Shown here: positions 46,241 through 59,125 of the stretch, one piece after another
Position numbering within the stretch: position 1 is the first letter of the stretch
How the letters are laid out: every line of letters starts with the position of its first letter
DNA from: the human T2T-CHM13v2.0 reference genome, Homo sapiens
Reading direction: 5' to 3' (one strand)
DNA: 64,000 nt
Assembly: GCF_009914755.1 (NCBI RefSeq)
Contig: NC_060927.1
Position numbers and translations under genes: made by a program
The notes under the pieces: generated by a model
What the model saw: the letters and a program-made list of their open reading frames with translations, nothing else
The model's database searches: none
Told to the model about the DNA's origin: nothing

Positions 46241-47388
46241 ATATCACCAACTAAACCTGTGATGTCAACACTATTGCTAAACGTTGTAGTTATATTAATA
46301 ACAAGTTCTGTCATTTAGCTAGTTTACTTTTAGTTTTGGTTGCAAACAAGGGGAAATTAGGGATGGGAAGTGAAGAAAGAACCCAAATTGGGGTTGATGG
46401 ATTTCAAAAGTTGAAGCTAGAAAGACATTAACAAAAGCCAAATCCAAAAGGCAAGGTCAGTGGGGAGGAAAATACACAAAGCAGAACAGTGAGCAATGAG
46501 GTTAGAATCTGGAAGAATGAGCAACAGAATAAAATGTGGTGTACAAAGCAGATTACATTAGGATAATTTAGAACAAATCCATGAATAATAAGCAAATGTT
46601 GTGATGTATCATTTTTGTGGTACCCAAAGCATAATATAAAAAAGACATCCCATGTGTCCATGACCACACCACCCTGAATGCACCCAGTCAACTGATCTCG
46701 GGAAAAAACATTTTATATGTACACCACTCAATCATTAATTCTGAAAATACAGAAGATTCTAAGACACTAAAAGGAAACTGTCAATTCTAAGAATATACAC
46801 ATGGGTCAGAGTAAGATGATTTTATGACTTCAGATAAGTTTATAATTTTTATTTATGTAAATTTTCATAACCAAAAGGGAATTCTGGAAGGTATGTTTGC
46901 TATTAACCTAAGGGAAGAATAAAATTTGACCTTCCTAGGAAAGCAATATTTGTCTTAATATTTTTCTCCCTATAATGTTACTATTGAACAATGTCAAAAT
47001 AATTTGACTTTCTTGTGAAAATGTCATATTGTCATTATCTCTATATCCTTCCACTCAACAAAGTACCTTGTGCTTGCTAAAAAACAAATTAAAATGAATG
47101 AGACAGTTTGATATCTCAAGGAGCTTGTAATCTCAGGGAAAGGAGAAGGCTTCACAAATATTCAACTAGAATACAAAAATAAATAAACGATATGAAGAAA
47201 TAAAAGCAAAACACTATGAGACTATATAGAAAAGGAAATAATTAACACCCACAAAAGAAGCAGACTTGTCAAAGTCAATGAATTGCCTAAATTTTCAACT
47301 TTTTAATCAGTTGTGTTGATAGAGTATCAATATATAGACCATTTATATCCTTTATATCCAGAAGGTTATGTAAGTGGGCTTTAATTTG

Positions 47389-48542
47389 TTTAATAAAAAC
47401 ATTCAGAACATCAACAAAACAGCTGTAACTTTTTTTTTTTTTTTTTGCAATTACAGTGTGGTATTCAGTTAACTAAACAACAATTATTTTTTATAAACTG
47501 CATCAGAGACAACTGAAGATGAAAAAACTACCATCCTCATATACAACTAATTTGGGCTGTGCACTGACAAGAACCTACTTTAAATTTCCACACCCATTTA
47601 CAACCCCAGTACTGTAGCAGGCAACGTTAGTGTCTTATTGAAAATACCACCAGGACAGGACAATCAGAAGATACATTTAGTAGTGTGTTAACCATACCGA
47701 AAAAGATAGTATACAGTTTAAAAACTTATCTTAGGCAGCCTTACCTTTCAATTTTTTCTTTAAAAGGAGTGAGGGTTTACAGGGGATTTAAATGCTTTAT
47801 AGACTAGGGGAACAACTTGTACTAGAGCCAACTTATTTATCATTATCTTCTTCATCTTCAATTTTTCATCTTTCTCCTCCTCATCTTTTTCATCTTCTTC
47901 ATCTTCCTCTTCCTTCTTTTTCTTGCTTTTTTCAGACTTAATGACCCCTTTTTTTGCTACATCAGGCTTTCCTTAGCCCAGAGTGCAACAATATCCTTTT
48001 CATATTATTCTTTCAGCTTCACGGCCTTCTTTTCGTAAGTCTGCTTGTCATCTGCAGCAGTGTTATTTCCTATCTCTCCGAGTTTCTTTACAACATCACT
48101 GATGGATAGGCCGAGATGTTCTGCTTTGATTTGGGGGCAAAATCAGGAAAAAGGCTGAAAGTGGCCTCTTGGGCACATTAGGATCCTTGAACTTTTTTTC
48201 CCCCTCTTAGGAAGGATATAGGTTTTCATTTCCTTTTCACAACAGGCCCTGTCTGCCGTTGCCATGTATTGAAATTTTCCTTTCTCTTTAGCAGAGAGGG
48301 TCTTCCACTTCTCTGAGTGCTTCTTAGACAACTCTGAGAAATCGACTGAAGCATCTGTGTGCTCCTCCTGGCAAATTTGCACAAAGAATGCATATGATGA
48401 CATTTTGTCTCTTGGCTTCTGAGGTTTTCCTTTGCCTATGTTTGGTTATTTTTCCTCAGTGAGGCATGGAGTCATCTAGTGCCTGACCAGCTCTCACTTG
48501 TTCTAGCACTTTCTCTATGGATCTCAAATTATGGTAATGGCT
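47389..48542 (-). pseudogene. HMGB1 processed pseudogene
   Basis: [41 protein letters not shown] is HMG box A; intronless, with HMGB1 5'UTR (gaggaaaaataaccaaac), start ATG>ATA (48439-48437), acidic-tail codons, TAA at 47835-47833 and 3'UTR; frameshifts and deletions. Confidence 0.93.
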
Positions 48543-49059
48543 CTTTAACTTTTAAAAAAAATTTGTTGTACGCAGATTATTGCCTCAGGTGAAGTGGAAC
48601 AGTCAATACTGAAACTTAAGGAAAAAGTTGCCTGTCTGTCTAAGGCAGACATTGATGGTTAACTATTGTTAACAATATTGACTATTGCACAGAATCTACC
48701 ATGGCCTGCAAGGAGGAAGTCTAAGGTAATTCTACCATCCATGACAACCCTGGCCAGTGAGTTGGGGCCGCCCTTAATGCCTCCCAGGGCTAACGTGGTG
48801 TTTAGTGCATTTTGTGTGTGTGTATGACTTAGGATCCAATCTAGGATGTCTCTTTAGTCTTCTTTAATCTGGACTAGTTCTTCAGCCTTTATCCTTCATA
48901 ATATTGACATTTCTAGAGGGTAAATGTCAGTTTTTGTGAAGGATGTCCCTCATTTTGGTTTGTCTCCTTGTTTCTCATGAGAAACAAATTATCTTAAAGG
49001 TTAAAGAGCCATTACCATACATTGAGATCCATAGAGAAAGTGCTAGAACATGTGAGAAA

Positions 49060-50600
49060 AGCCTTTTCAACAAATAATAGTGGATCTACTGAATATCCAT
49101 ATTTTAAAAATGAATGATTCATATCTTACACTAAAGACTCATATCTTACATAAAGACCCCAAACTACAAATCTCTTATAAGAAAAAAAATAAGTGAATGT
49201 GTTTGAGACCTTGAGATAGGAAAAATTCCTTTGAAAAAATGTAAAGACACTAATTATAAAAGAAAAATGTTGGTAAACAAACTTTATCAAAATTAAAAAC
49301 ATCTGTTCATCAAAACATAACATTAAGAAAATAAAAATGCAAGCCACATACTGGGAAAAATATTTGGAACATATATTTCTAACACAGGTCTTGTATCCAT
49401 GCTATATAAAGAACGGCTACAACACAAGAATTAAAAGACAACCAATTTCTTTAAAAAGGCAAAAGACTTCAATAGATGCTTCACAAAAGAAGATTTACAA
49501 ATGATCAATAAACACATGAAAAGATGTTCACCACTACTAATCATCAGGGAAATACAAGTTAAAATTAGAATTAGATACCACTTTATACTCATTAGAAACA
49601 CCAAAATTAAATACTAAAAATAACAAGGTGTTGGAGAGAACATAAAGCCACTAGATACTGATGGAAGCTTAAAATGGTACAAACCACTATGGAAAAATTG
49701 TTTAGCAGAATCTTATTGTGTTAAACCTAGATTTACACTATTACTTAACAATTCCACTCACATGTCCACCCCCTTAAATGAAAACATATGCCAAGAAAAG
49801 AACTTGTACAAAAATATTTATTGCAGCCTTATTAACAATAACACAAAATTGGAAACAATATAAATATATATCAACAGTAAATAGCTAAACAAATTATGAC
49901 ATATCCATACAATGGAATATCACTTATTAATAAAAAGGAATAAACCAATAATACCAACAAAGCCGAGCACAGTGGCTCATGCCTGTAATCCCAGCACTCT
50001 GGGAGGCCAAGGCAGGCAGATCGCTTGATGCCAGGAGTTCAAGGCCAGCCTGGCCAACACGGCGAAACTGCACCTCTACTAAAAATACAAAAATTAGCCA
50101 AGCATGATGGTGCATTTCAGTAATCCCAGCTACTCAGGAGTCTGAGGCACAAGAATCACTTGAACCCAGGAGGTAGAGGTTGCAGTGAGCTGAGATCACA
50201 CGCCACTGTACTCCCACCTGAGTGACAGAGCGAGACTCTGTCTCAAAAATAATATCAATAGTAATAATGGTAATACAAACAAAAATACTGATAAATCTCA
50301 AAAACATTATCTTGAATGAAAGAAGCCAGAAACAAAGGAATATATATTGTATAATCTCATTTACATTAAGTTTAATACAGGCAAAATTAATGTATAAAGC
50401 CAGAAATCAGAGTAACATTTGCCTGAGAGGAGTACAGAAGTAGACTGGAAAAGTGCTCAAGGGAACTTGTTAGGGTGATGAAAATGTGCTATATCTTGTT
50501 TGGGATGTTTATTACATGGGTTTACACATTTGTCAAAACTCATCAAACTTTACACTAAAATCTGTAGAACTTATTGTATGTAATTCTCAATTCAAAACAG
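49060..50600 (+). mobile_element. Old L1M (L1MB/ME-like) ORF2 end and 3'UTR, interrupted by an Alu
   Basis: cttttcaacaaat...aaaattaaaaacatctgttcatcaaaa...catatccatacaatggaata...ggtgatgaaaatgtgctatatcttg. Confidence 0.75.
49961..50249 (+). mobile_element. AluS (Sx/Sz-like)
   Basis: Dimeric Alu sequence. Confidence 0.93.
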
Positions 50601-50835
50601 AAAAAAATACAAAATAGATTTTATTTAAATCTAATTTACTCTCAGACTATTCAAGTTCTGATCCAAATTAAATAAGTTGAATTTGAGAGTATTTACTCTA
50701 TTTCCACAGGTGTTGAGAGAGATACCCTCTCAGACTTTACACAGCTACCAAGGCAACAATGCCAGGAAAACTATTAATCAAGATATGATAGTTCCTGTTT
50801 GCAATCAGGAGAAGAAAGCAAAGAACACTCAGGAT

Positions 50836-50842
50836 TATAAAA
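50836..50842 (+). promoter_or_regulatory. CPB1: CPB1 TATA box
   Basis: TATAAAA 44 nt upstream of the ATG at 50880, implying a TSS near 50862-50866 and a very short 5'UTR. Confidence 0.8.
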
Positions 50843-50879
50843 GCAGATGAGACCTACCCACTAGACCTGGTCAGACACA

Positions 50880-50950
50880 ATGTTGGCACTCTTGGTTCTG
50901 GTGACTGTGGCCCTGGCATCTGCTCATCATGGTGGTGAGCACTTTGAAGG
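50880..50950 (+). CDS. CPB1: CPB1 exon 1 coding part (signal peptide, start of propeptide)
   Basis: MLALLVLVTVALASAHHGGEHFE(G); donor GG|gtaagt, phase 2. Confidence 0.97.
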
Positions 50951-51057
50951 GTAAGTAAGCCATCTTTAAGGAGCAAGTCCTTCTTCCTTGCTAGCCCCCA
51001 AATTTGGACACATTACTCATTTCCAATTCTCTGTGCTTCTATTATCTCATTATTCAG

Positions 51058-51133
51058 CGAGAAGGTGTTCCGTGTTAACGTTGAAGATGAAAATCACATT
51101 AACATAATCCGCGAGTTGGCCAGCACGACCCAG
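51058..51133 (+). CDS. CPB1: CPB1 exon 2
   Basis: ttattcag|C-EKVFRVNVEDENHINIIRELASTTQ|gtaagt; 76 bp; frame-consistent after a 107-bp intron. Confidence 0.97.
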
Positions 51134-51934
51134 GTAAGTAACAATTTTGATTTACTTCACATCTAATTTAAAATCTTAGATCGCACTGTGATTCCGACAA
51201 TGGAAAAAAAAACATGAAATATTAACTATAGCATTTTGGTAGCAAGAAATAAAAACTTGGAAAACATTTGGTGCCATAATGTCTTCTTTTTCTGCCTAAA
51301 TTAGATTGCCATAAGCCCTGTAGTATTATAAATCCATGGTAACTTTTAAAAGAGCTGACAGTGTGACAACTGGATGAGTTGCAACTGTCACGAAGGTCAC
51401 AGAACATCTAATGTACAGTCACTTTCCTTCTAAGGCAAAAGAGAAAAATGATCAACTTGGATATTACTGAAAAACTGGGCTTTTGTCCAACTTCAAATTC
51501 ATTTCCACATCCCATGTATCATCTGTCCTCTTTGATTTTCTTTCATTCCAAATCAAACAGCTTGGGTTTTCATGACCTTGATTCAGGTCCCCTTAATGAT
51601 ATGACGTGAGGGGGAAAAAGAGGGTAAAAAGCCATGAGTGATTTTCATACTTTTCTTTTGCTTTCAAAAAACTGACATCTCTGTGCTAATTTTTTAATCC
51701 ACTATATATGAGGTGAGAACTGACATTTTAAACTGCGTATACAATGTGGCAGGAAGCTATTGCTGACCACAAATACAGTAGTTCCACTTGGGCCAATGCC
51801 GTTTCTTCATAAATATATAAACTAAAATAATCTGCTAGCTTATACACACACACACACATATACATACATAAACATATATAGTCATTTTGTAGCTTTTAAG
51901 GCATAGAGGAAGGAAGAAGAAGGTGGAGAGTGTC

Positions 51935-54400
51935 ATAATCACAGGCTCAGAAGTTCAGAATTGAAAGAAATATAAACTCATCTATTCCAGCAATCCACTC
52001 AAATCTGGAATTTCCTTCTGGGAAACAGCATCCCCAGTTACTACTCCTGGTAAAACCTGTTTGAGTACTTCCAGGAATAGTTTGTATACTACTTTTTGGA
52101 ATAGCCCACTTGCCTTACAAATCATTCCAACTGTTTTCTTCCTTATTCTGAGCTGAAAGCTTCCTTCTCTAACTTTGACCTGTTGGGCTTAGCTGAGTCA
52201 AATATCATGTTACCTCTAAGATTTATCTTTTTCAAGCTTTCCGTAATTTTTCTTAGCACTGGTATACAGACTCTTGATCATTCTGCTCAGATCTAGATAC
52301 AGCTCAGTCTTTCTGTCTATATTTCTTTTTTTAAATGTAGTTACCAGAATTGACTATGGACCTCCAGGTGTGTTCTGATTAATGTATACTACAGGGCCAT
52401 TGCTTGCCTTCATTTGTAAAGCAGACATTTATTAATGGTGCCTAAGATTCTTTTTAGCATCTTAAACAGTCATAGAACACTATGAGCTTATATTAACCTG
52501 TGTTCAGTCAAAACCATTAGGTAATTTTTTTTCCTCACATGAATCACCCTCAAACAGGATGTCCCTCCTTTTGTGCTTACCTAATTGACTTTTTTCACCT
52601 AAATGTAGGATTTTAGATTTACACTTTTAAGATTTATCTTGACAGCCTGTTTTCAGCATGTTGAGATCTTTTAGAAAACTAATTCAGTCATCCAGGGCAA
52701 TAACTCTTCCCCTAACTTTGTCTCTCCAACAAGTTTGATAATCATGTCTTTTTGACTTTTATCCTTGTCACTGATAAAAGAAAACATTAAATAGGTCAGG
52801 AGTCACAGAATTAGAGGCCTTCTTTACGTTTCACTCATTCAGTACATATTTATCATGAATCTCCAATGTGCCAGACATAGTGTTAAGCACTGAAGAGATT
52901 CATTAACCTATTCTGCTTGCATAAGTTTACTCAACTACCCAAGCTAGGGGGGTGTTACCTAGGGGTAACTCTGCCTGGTGCTTTCTGGTTTATAAAGAAA
53001 GATATCAATGCAGAGACTTCATCAAATGCTTTACTAAGATCAAGATTCAACATTCTACCAGGTTAGTGCTCTCATCCAAAACTAAGGTGAATTTAATTGG
53101 GCCTGACTTATTCTTGCTTTAAACCATACTGGCTCCCAGAGACCACAGCTTCCTTTCCTCAGCATTCACAATCCATCTGCTTCCAGTTCACTCTGCAGCT
53201 TTGCCAGAATCCATGCCAGGCCCCAGCAGCTCCTGCTTCTGGGCTTCACCTGTTTTCGTGTTTATAAAATCTAAAACTTGCCCCCTCTACTCGCCAGTGA
53301 GCCCTTCGAGCTCTGATTCTTCCAAGATTGCTGAGAAAGTTCTGCAATCACATCTGCAGTATTTTTTTAGTTATCTAAAATTCAGCATTTCATAGTGGTC
53401 AAGAGCAGAGAGTCTGGACTTAGACTGCCTGGGTTCAATTCCTAGCCTTTCTACTTGTTAGTCAAACTTGGACACCTCTCTGGGTCTCAACTTCCTCATT
53501 TGTAAAATGAAGATGATAATACTATTTACATAGGAGATTGTTGTGAGAGGTAAATGAATTAATATAGGTAAAGCAATTAGAAAGAACTTAAATAGTAAGA
53601 ATTATATGTGTTTGCTGTTACTACTATCATTAGGTCTGGGATTTTGAATACAATTTATATGGCTAGTATAATCAATCACCTATGTCCTCATCTACCTTGG
53701 GCCTCAATGTTCTCTTTCCAAAGAAGGTATTTCTGTTTAAATCATAACATGAAAAAATCTTTACTTATCCTTGTGGTAATTTCATCTCTCAGTAGTAATA
53801 GAATAAACAAGGAATAGTGTAACTCTCTCTTGGAAAAGACAGAAGCCAAAAAACAGTTAAATAGGGCTTCTTTCTTTCCTCTGGCTGCAAACATCATGCT
53901 TTAGCTCCAAGCAGTGGGACACATATTTCTTCTTTATTCTTTTATTTTCAACATGATTGAAATGAGATTTTCATTCTCCTTAGCAGTTACGGGAACAGCA
54001 TATTCTGGGCTGTAGCCTTCCTGATAAGATCATTACAAGGGCATCCAGTCTTTGTATTCATCCTTGGCCATGTGTCCTTCCTCTCAGCTTTTGAACATGT
54101 CCTTTTAAATGCTGAATATATTGGGCAGATCCGTGACCACACTGTACTCCAGCAGCCCTTCTTTTGTCATCTATAATTGAATATTAAGGATTTTATTTTA
54201 TCTCCTCACAATCAGGGTTGTGCTTGTTCCTTTATTGAAGGCATTCACCATAAAACCTATTCACTTTTCTCTGGACTGTCTTGAAGTCTGTGTTTCTCAA
54301 ATTTAAGGTGCATTTTTCTCTATGCCTGGAGTAACATGGTTACTGTCTTCCAATGTTCTTATCATTCCTACTGTACCAGTAAGTTCCTCACTGCTGTCTG
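51935..54400 (-). mobile_element. Ancient CR1/L3 LINE relic in CPB1 intron 2
   Basis: Minus-strand translation of 53012-53044 is LDLSKAFDEVS (RT motif); a degenerate K-FADD-TKL-like motif lies near 52714-52746; boundaries approximate. Confidence 0.6.
53385..53630 (+). mobile_element. MIR
   Basis: agactgcctgggttcaattcctagc...cctcatttgtaaaatgaagatgataat...gttgtgagaggtaaatgaattaat. Confidence 0.85.
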
Positions 54401-55479
54401 GAATTGGGCCTTGAGTAGAAGTTGTTTTCTTTTCCAACAAAAAAGGAAAATTTCACCAAGATAAATGAAAAGTCTATCAGATGTTTGACTTACAGTCAAA
54501 TGCAATGTGAAGAAACAAATTCATGCAAATTTTTGAAGAAAAAAAGATCCCCAACACCAATATTTATTTTTTTATTGGCCAATCTTATTCCTGGAAAAAT
54601 TTCAGGTTGGCATGCTACTTTATCTTGCTTTTAGGCTAGTTTTCTGAGATATTTTAGGAAGGATTCTTTAGTTGTTAGGCAGCCGGCTGATTAAATTGAT
54701 ATTCTTATAATGCTATCATTTAAAGATATCTCTTGATCATCCAATAAGTGTTCTATATGGTTCTTTGTCACATTTATAATTTTATAACTTCAGTTTTCTA
54801 ACTTCATAATGTATAGTTTAATTCCCTACATCTACATCCTATATTTCACTCCATGTTTATATTTCAGACATACATCTCATTCACAAGGTCCTGGTAATTT
54901 CTGAAATTTATATTTATCACCTTATGTTATTACTTTGACTTTATTACCTATATTCATATTTGGTGCATTGGTAAACAGCTGTGAGGCTATAGCATTGCTC
55001 CTGATTTCCAGCCATGTTTCTCCTAGGAAGTATCAGAGACTAACTCCAGTATAGTGGGTCTGTGTCACACATGCAACACTCCAGAGTGTTGTATGTATGT
55101 TGACAGGTTTGCTAACTGGTTTTCTCCATGTGAAACTGAAATTTTTAAGCAACCTCAGGTTAGTTCTGTAAGTTTCTGTCAAACATATTTATGAGATTTA
55201 TTTGCCCCATCTTAAAGAATCCATAATTCTTGCACTGAAATCTTAAAAGTAACACTTTCTCTAAATATATAGACTCTTCTAATATTTGGCAGAGCTAGGA
55301 CCAATGGGTAAGAGCTGAGGAGGATACAGATGACAATTTTCAGTTTAATATTAGAAAGAAAACCATTTATAAGCAATTAAGCTGTTCTGAAGGGGCACTA
55401 GATATACACAAGGTTCTGCTAGAACCACCACCAAGAACATCATGCAAGCATTTGATGCTTTGAGTGGAAAGCTAGCATC

Positions 55480-55944
55480 TTAATACAGGCTCTTCCAAAG
55501 CAGACCCTGAGACAAAGATTCAAGGGAAAGAATTTTATCTGGGAAGTGCAGGGAGCCCTGGTGAAGAAGTGGGGAGTGCTAAATAGAAGTAAAGGCAGCC
55601 AACAAAGGAAACAGTGTTAAGCCAGCTACCACAGAGGACAACTGGCGGTAAACCCACAGGGAAACTCTAGGAATGTGTGCAAACAACACACTTCAGAATT
55701 ATCCCACCTGAGAGGTGAAGGAGTTGGAGTAATTCATCATTCGCTTTTCAGGATTCTTGGTTGAACCACAAAGAATAATTTCCTTGGTACCGCCTGTCTA
55801 CCTGGAGCTGATAACTTGGCTTTTCCCAGTTCTACAGGAAAGAGCCCTCAGGTACAGAGAGGCAGATCTTAGCAAGGGGAGTACACTGAGCACACTAAAA
55901 GGTCCCAGCAATTATGTGCCAGCGGGACACTGTCTGGTCAGCTA
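55480..55944 (-). mobile_element. LTR33-like (ERVL) LTR
   Basis: aagcagaccctgagacaaagattcaagg...tttatctgggaag...cttcagaattatcccacctgag...agccctcagg...gctaca. Confidence 0.6.
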
Positions 55945-56849
55945 CAGATACATGGAGGACTTTATGTGCTTTGCCAATTCTCAACCTTGTCGTCTATAAT
56001 AAAGACATATCTCTCTCTCCCACCACACCATAGAATGACAGGTGTTTATTAGGAACACAAATTCAGAGCTAAGTTTCAAAAATATGCTTTCTCTTATAAT
56101 GTGCTTATCTTCAATTGCCCTTCTCTCCACAATGTTGGCTAACTAGAAGTTGTCACCAGCCCCTTGCTTTCTCTGTCCTTATCTTAGCATGTCTTTATAC
56201 TTCCTCACTTCATTTAACCTCTCATCCTTGACTCACTAGGTCACCTTCTACAGCCAATCCTTATCCAAACATTGATACTCTATCCTTTCAATCCCTTTGT
56301 GACAACCTCACTCATGCTTTTTTCTTCTGGAACACCAGTATCCCTGCCTCCCATTGCCCTGACATTCCTTATGGGCCTGATTCGTGACTCACCACCTCTA
56401 GATTTCTACAGTGGTTTGAAGCTTACCAGGACAGAATATAGGTTACTGGGAGCCCCACAAGTGTATCTGAAACTGAGATGCCTTACAGTATTACCTTGTC
56501 AGTTTCTGCTGCATAACCTCTAAGTCTGCCCAAACTCCCTTCCAAGTTTCCAATCAGTGGTCCTAAATATCACCATCAGACATATCTCTAGCCCCAAAGC
56601 AGTGCGCAAACATCCGAACAGAGATTGGCTGAGACACAGGGAGAAAGAAAGACCCAATGTCAGGCTGACCTCAGACTTCTAGGCTTCCACTCGGCACAAG
56701 CAAGGAAGAGAATAACAGACACCTACAAGACACAGTATGTTTTAGTTAATATTTTTCCACTGAAAGGTGTTACTTAAAACCACACATCCACAGATTAAAA
56801 AAAAAAAAACAGCTATTTGGGGCTTCATCTTCTCTAATGTCTCCCCCAT

Positions 56850-56965
56850 AAAGACAAAGGCCATGTTTGATTTGCCCACTAATGTATTCCTAGTCTCAGA
56901 CACAGAGCCTAGCATATCGTAGGTTCTCACAATAGTTGATGAGTAACTGAATAAATGAAAATGTC
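56850..56965 (+). mobile_element. L2 3' end
   Basis: tgtattcctagt...acagagcctagcatatcgtagg...tgaataaatgaa. Confidence 0.6.
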
Positions 56966-57553
56966 AGTACATGACTGGATCCCCAAGAGCAATTTGTCTC
57001 CAGCCACAGTGTCAATATACCCATTGTGAAAAGATGCCATTTTTCTTCCTGATGTATCCACCACAGGTCAGGGATCCTCCTGGTTCCACATATTACTGTG
57101 ACTTCCAAGATAAACTCATAAAATAAGTCCATTAAAAAGTAAAACAGCTTCATATTTCTCCATTAAATTTTGTAATTCTAGTTAATTCATCATTCATCTG
57201 GCACATAGATCCATTACCACATAGCATCTATTCCAACAAGTTAGTGATCCAGAAAATCAATAAATAGAAAAGAACAGTTACAGAATACAACCAACTAGCA
57301 TTATGGGAAATGATTCTATGTTTTTTCATGTTCATTGATAATCAATCAAGGTTATGTATATATTTGTTAACACTTTTATCAACATCTAACTGCTTGGTTC
57401 CAACCCTTGTTCACTCAAAGGAAATATTTTCAACAGATTTCATGGATGATTTGATTTTGAAAATAACTCAATTCAGTAGAGCAATAATGTGCTCGCAGAT
57501 TATCCTTCATCCATTGAATTATAGGTATCCAATATATCTTGTCCTTTATTCAG

Positions 57554-57678
57554 ATTGACTTCTGGAAGCCAGATTCTGTCACACAAATCAAACCTCACAG
57601 TACAGTTGACTTCCGTGTTAAAGCAGAAGATACTGTCACTGTGGAGAATGTTCTAAAGCAGAATGAACTACAATACAA
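57554..57678 (+). CDS. CPB1: CPB1 exon 3
   Basis: tttattcag|[41 protein letters not shown](K)|gtaagt; 125 bp; contains the propeptide DFW motif. Confidence 0.97.
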
Positions 57679-58309
57679 GTAAGTTTATGTTTTATAAATA
57701 TTAAAATTCTCTCCCATGCATGCTTTCATCTGAGCCTTTGAATAACTCTGGGAAGGAAGAAATGAGACCAAGACCAATGCCTTCCCCAGGACCCCACAAA
57801 TAGGTAACGGCAGAGCTGGCCCTGGATTCCAAGTCTTAAGACTTCAGTTCTGATGGATTTTGTGTTTAGTTATTGCTCTAATTAAAATGGTTTTTATTCT
57901 TGACCCCAAGTCTTCTGCCAGATATCTGACTTGGTCCATTTTACAAGCAATGTATAGAGTACAGGCCTAGCCAATGGATACTCTATTCTCAGCTAGACAT
58001 AGTTTTAACCCCAAATCTTATCAGCTCTTCTTTCCAGGGGATCAGCGAGACCTATTGTGAGTTATGAGGGCTATTTGTGCTTTTTTTAGCAGAAGGATAA
58101 GTCTAGAGTCAGTCTGAATGGCCCTTCTGTCCTTTTTTCTCTAAAGTCCCACCACTATCTCTAATGGTAGGAGAAGGCATGGAGAGAAAGACGCAAAGAA
58201 AGGACTAGAGTAGTTGGCTAAGCTGATCCTGTCTCCCTCACTGAATACCACTTTCGTTCATCTAGGTCTTTCATGACAAGAATGTCTTCCTAAGTAAAGG
58301 CAATTGTCC

Positions 58310-58700
58310 ATTTGCTGATCCAACAAATCAATATTGAATGTCTACATGTATCAAGTTCCAATAAGGACAGATATGACCTCACATCCTTTAGGGGAAAACA
58401 GACTTTAAATAAGGAATTGCAGTAGTATTTAATAGATGGAAAGAAGAGTAAAGTGCTGGAGTTCAGAAGAATAGAGCAAGTCTAGGGGTCAGGGAGGGCT
58501 GTCCTAGGAAATGATTCTTCAGCTGAGAACTGAAAGATGAGTAGGAGTTGATTAGCCAGAAAAAGACAAGGAAAAACCATACTTTAGGAAGAGAACAGAC
58601 CATATGCTGAGGCTTAGAAGTGGGAGAGACCATGCTAACCCAGGACACTTGCATAAGAGGGAAGGAGGAAATAAAGTCTCTAGTACAAAGCAGAGGTCCT
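58310..58700 (-). mobile_element. L2 fragment
   Basis: caacaaatcaatattgaatgtctac...gggtcagggagggctgtcctagg...agctgagaactgaaagatgagtaggagtt. Confidence 0.65.
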
Positions 58701-58954
58701 CCTCCAGGGGGTAGATTAGGGAGGAACAAAGACAAAGTCTTGGGCTCCGGTCCTGAACATTCAAATGTTTATCCGGCAATCCCCCATCACAAGCTCAAGT
58801 CTTCATTATGTTTTGGAAGAATGTAGCCTATATAATTTTAACAGAAATTTCTCTTGTTTTTCACGTCTTAAAAATGTAAAAGAATAGTATCTGTGCCAGT
58901 GAAGATGTCAGAATTGTCACCTATAAAATCTGTACCTCCATCAGGAGAAGTGGG

Positions 58955-59125
58955 TAGCATAGTGCAACAAGTAAAGGCTTTGGGAAAAAAACAGATTAGA
59001 TTCTAATCCTGGCTTTGCACATTGCTGTGTGATTGTGGGTAATTTGCTCAACCTTTCTGAGCTTCAGCTTTCTTATCCATAAAATGAAGATACAATGCCT
59101 CTCTCAAAGGGCTGTTGTAAAAATA
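58955..59125 (+). mobile_element. MIR
   Basis: ttctaatcctggctttgc...gctgtgtgattgtgggtaatttgctcaacctttctgagcttcagctttcttatccataaaatg. Confidence 0.75.
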
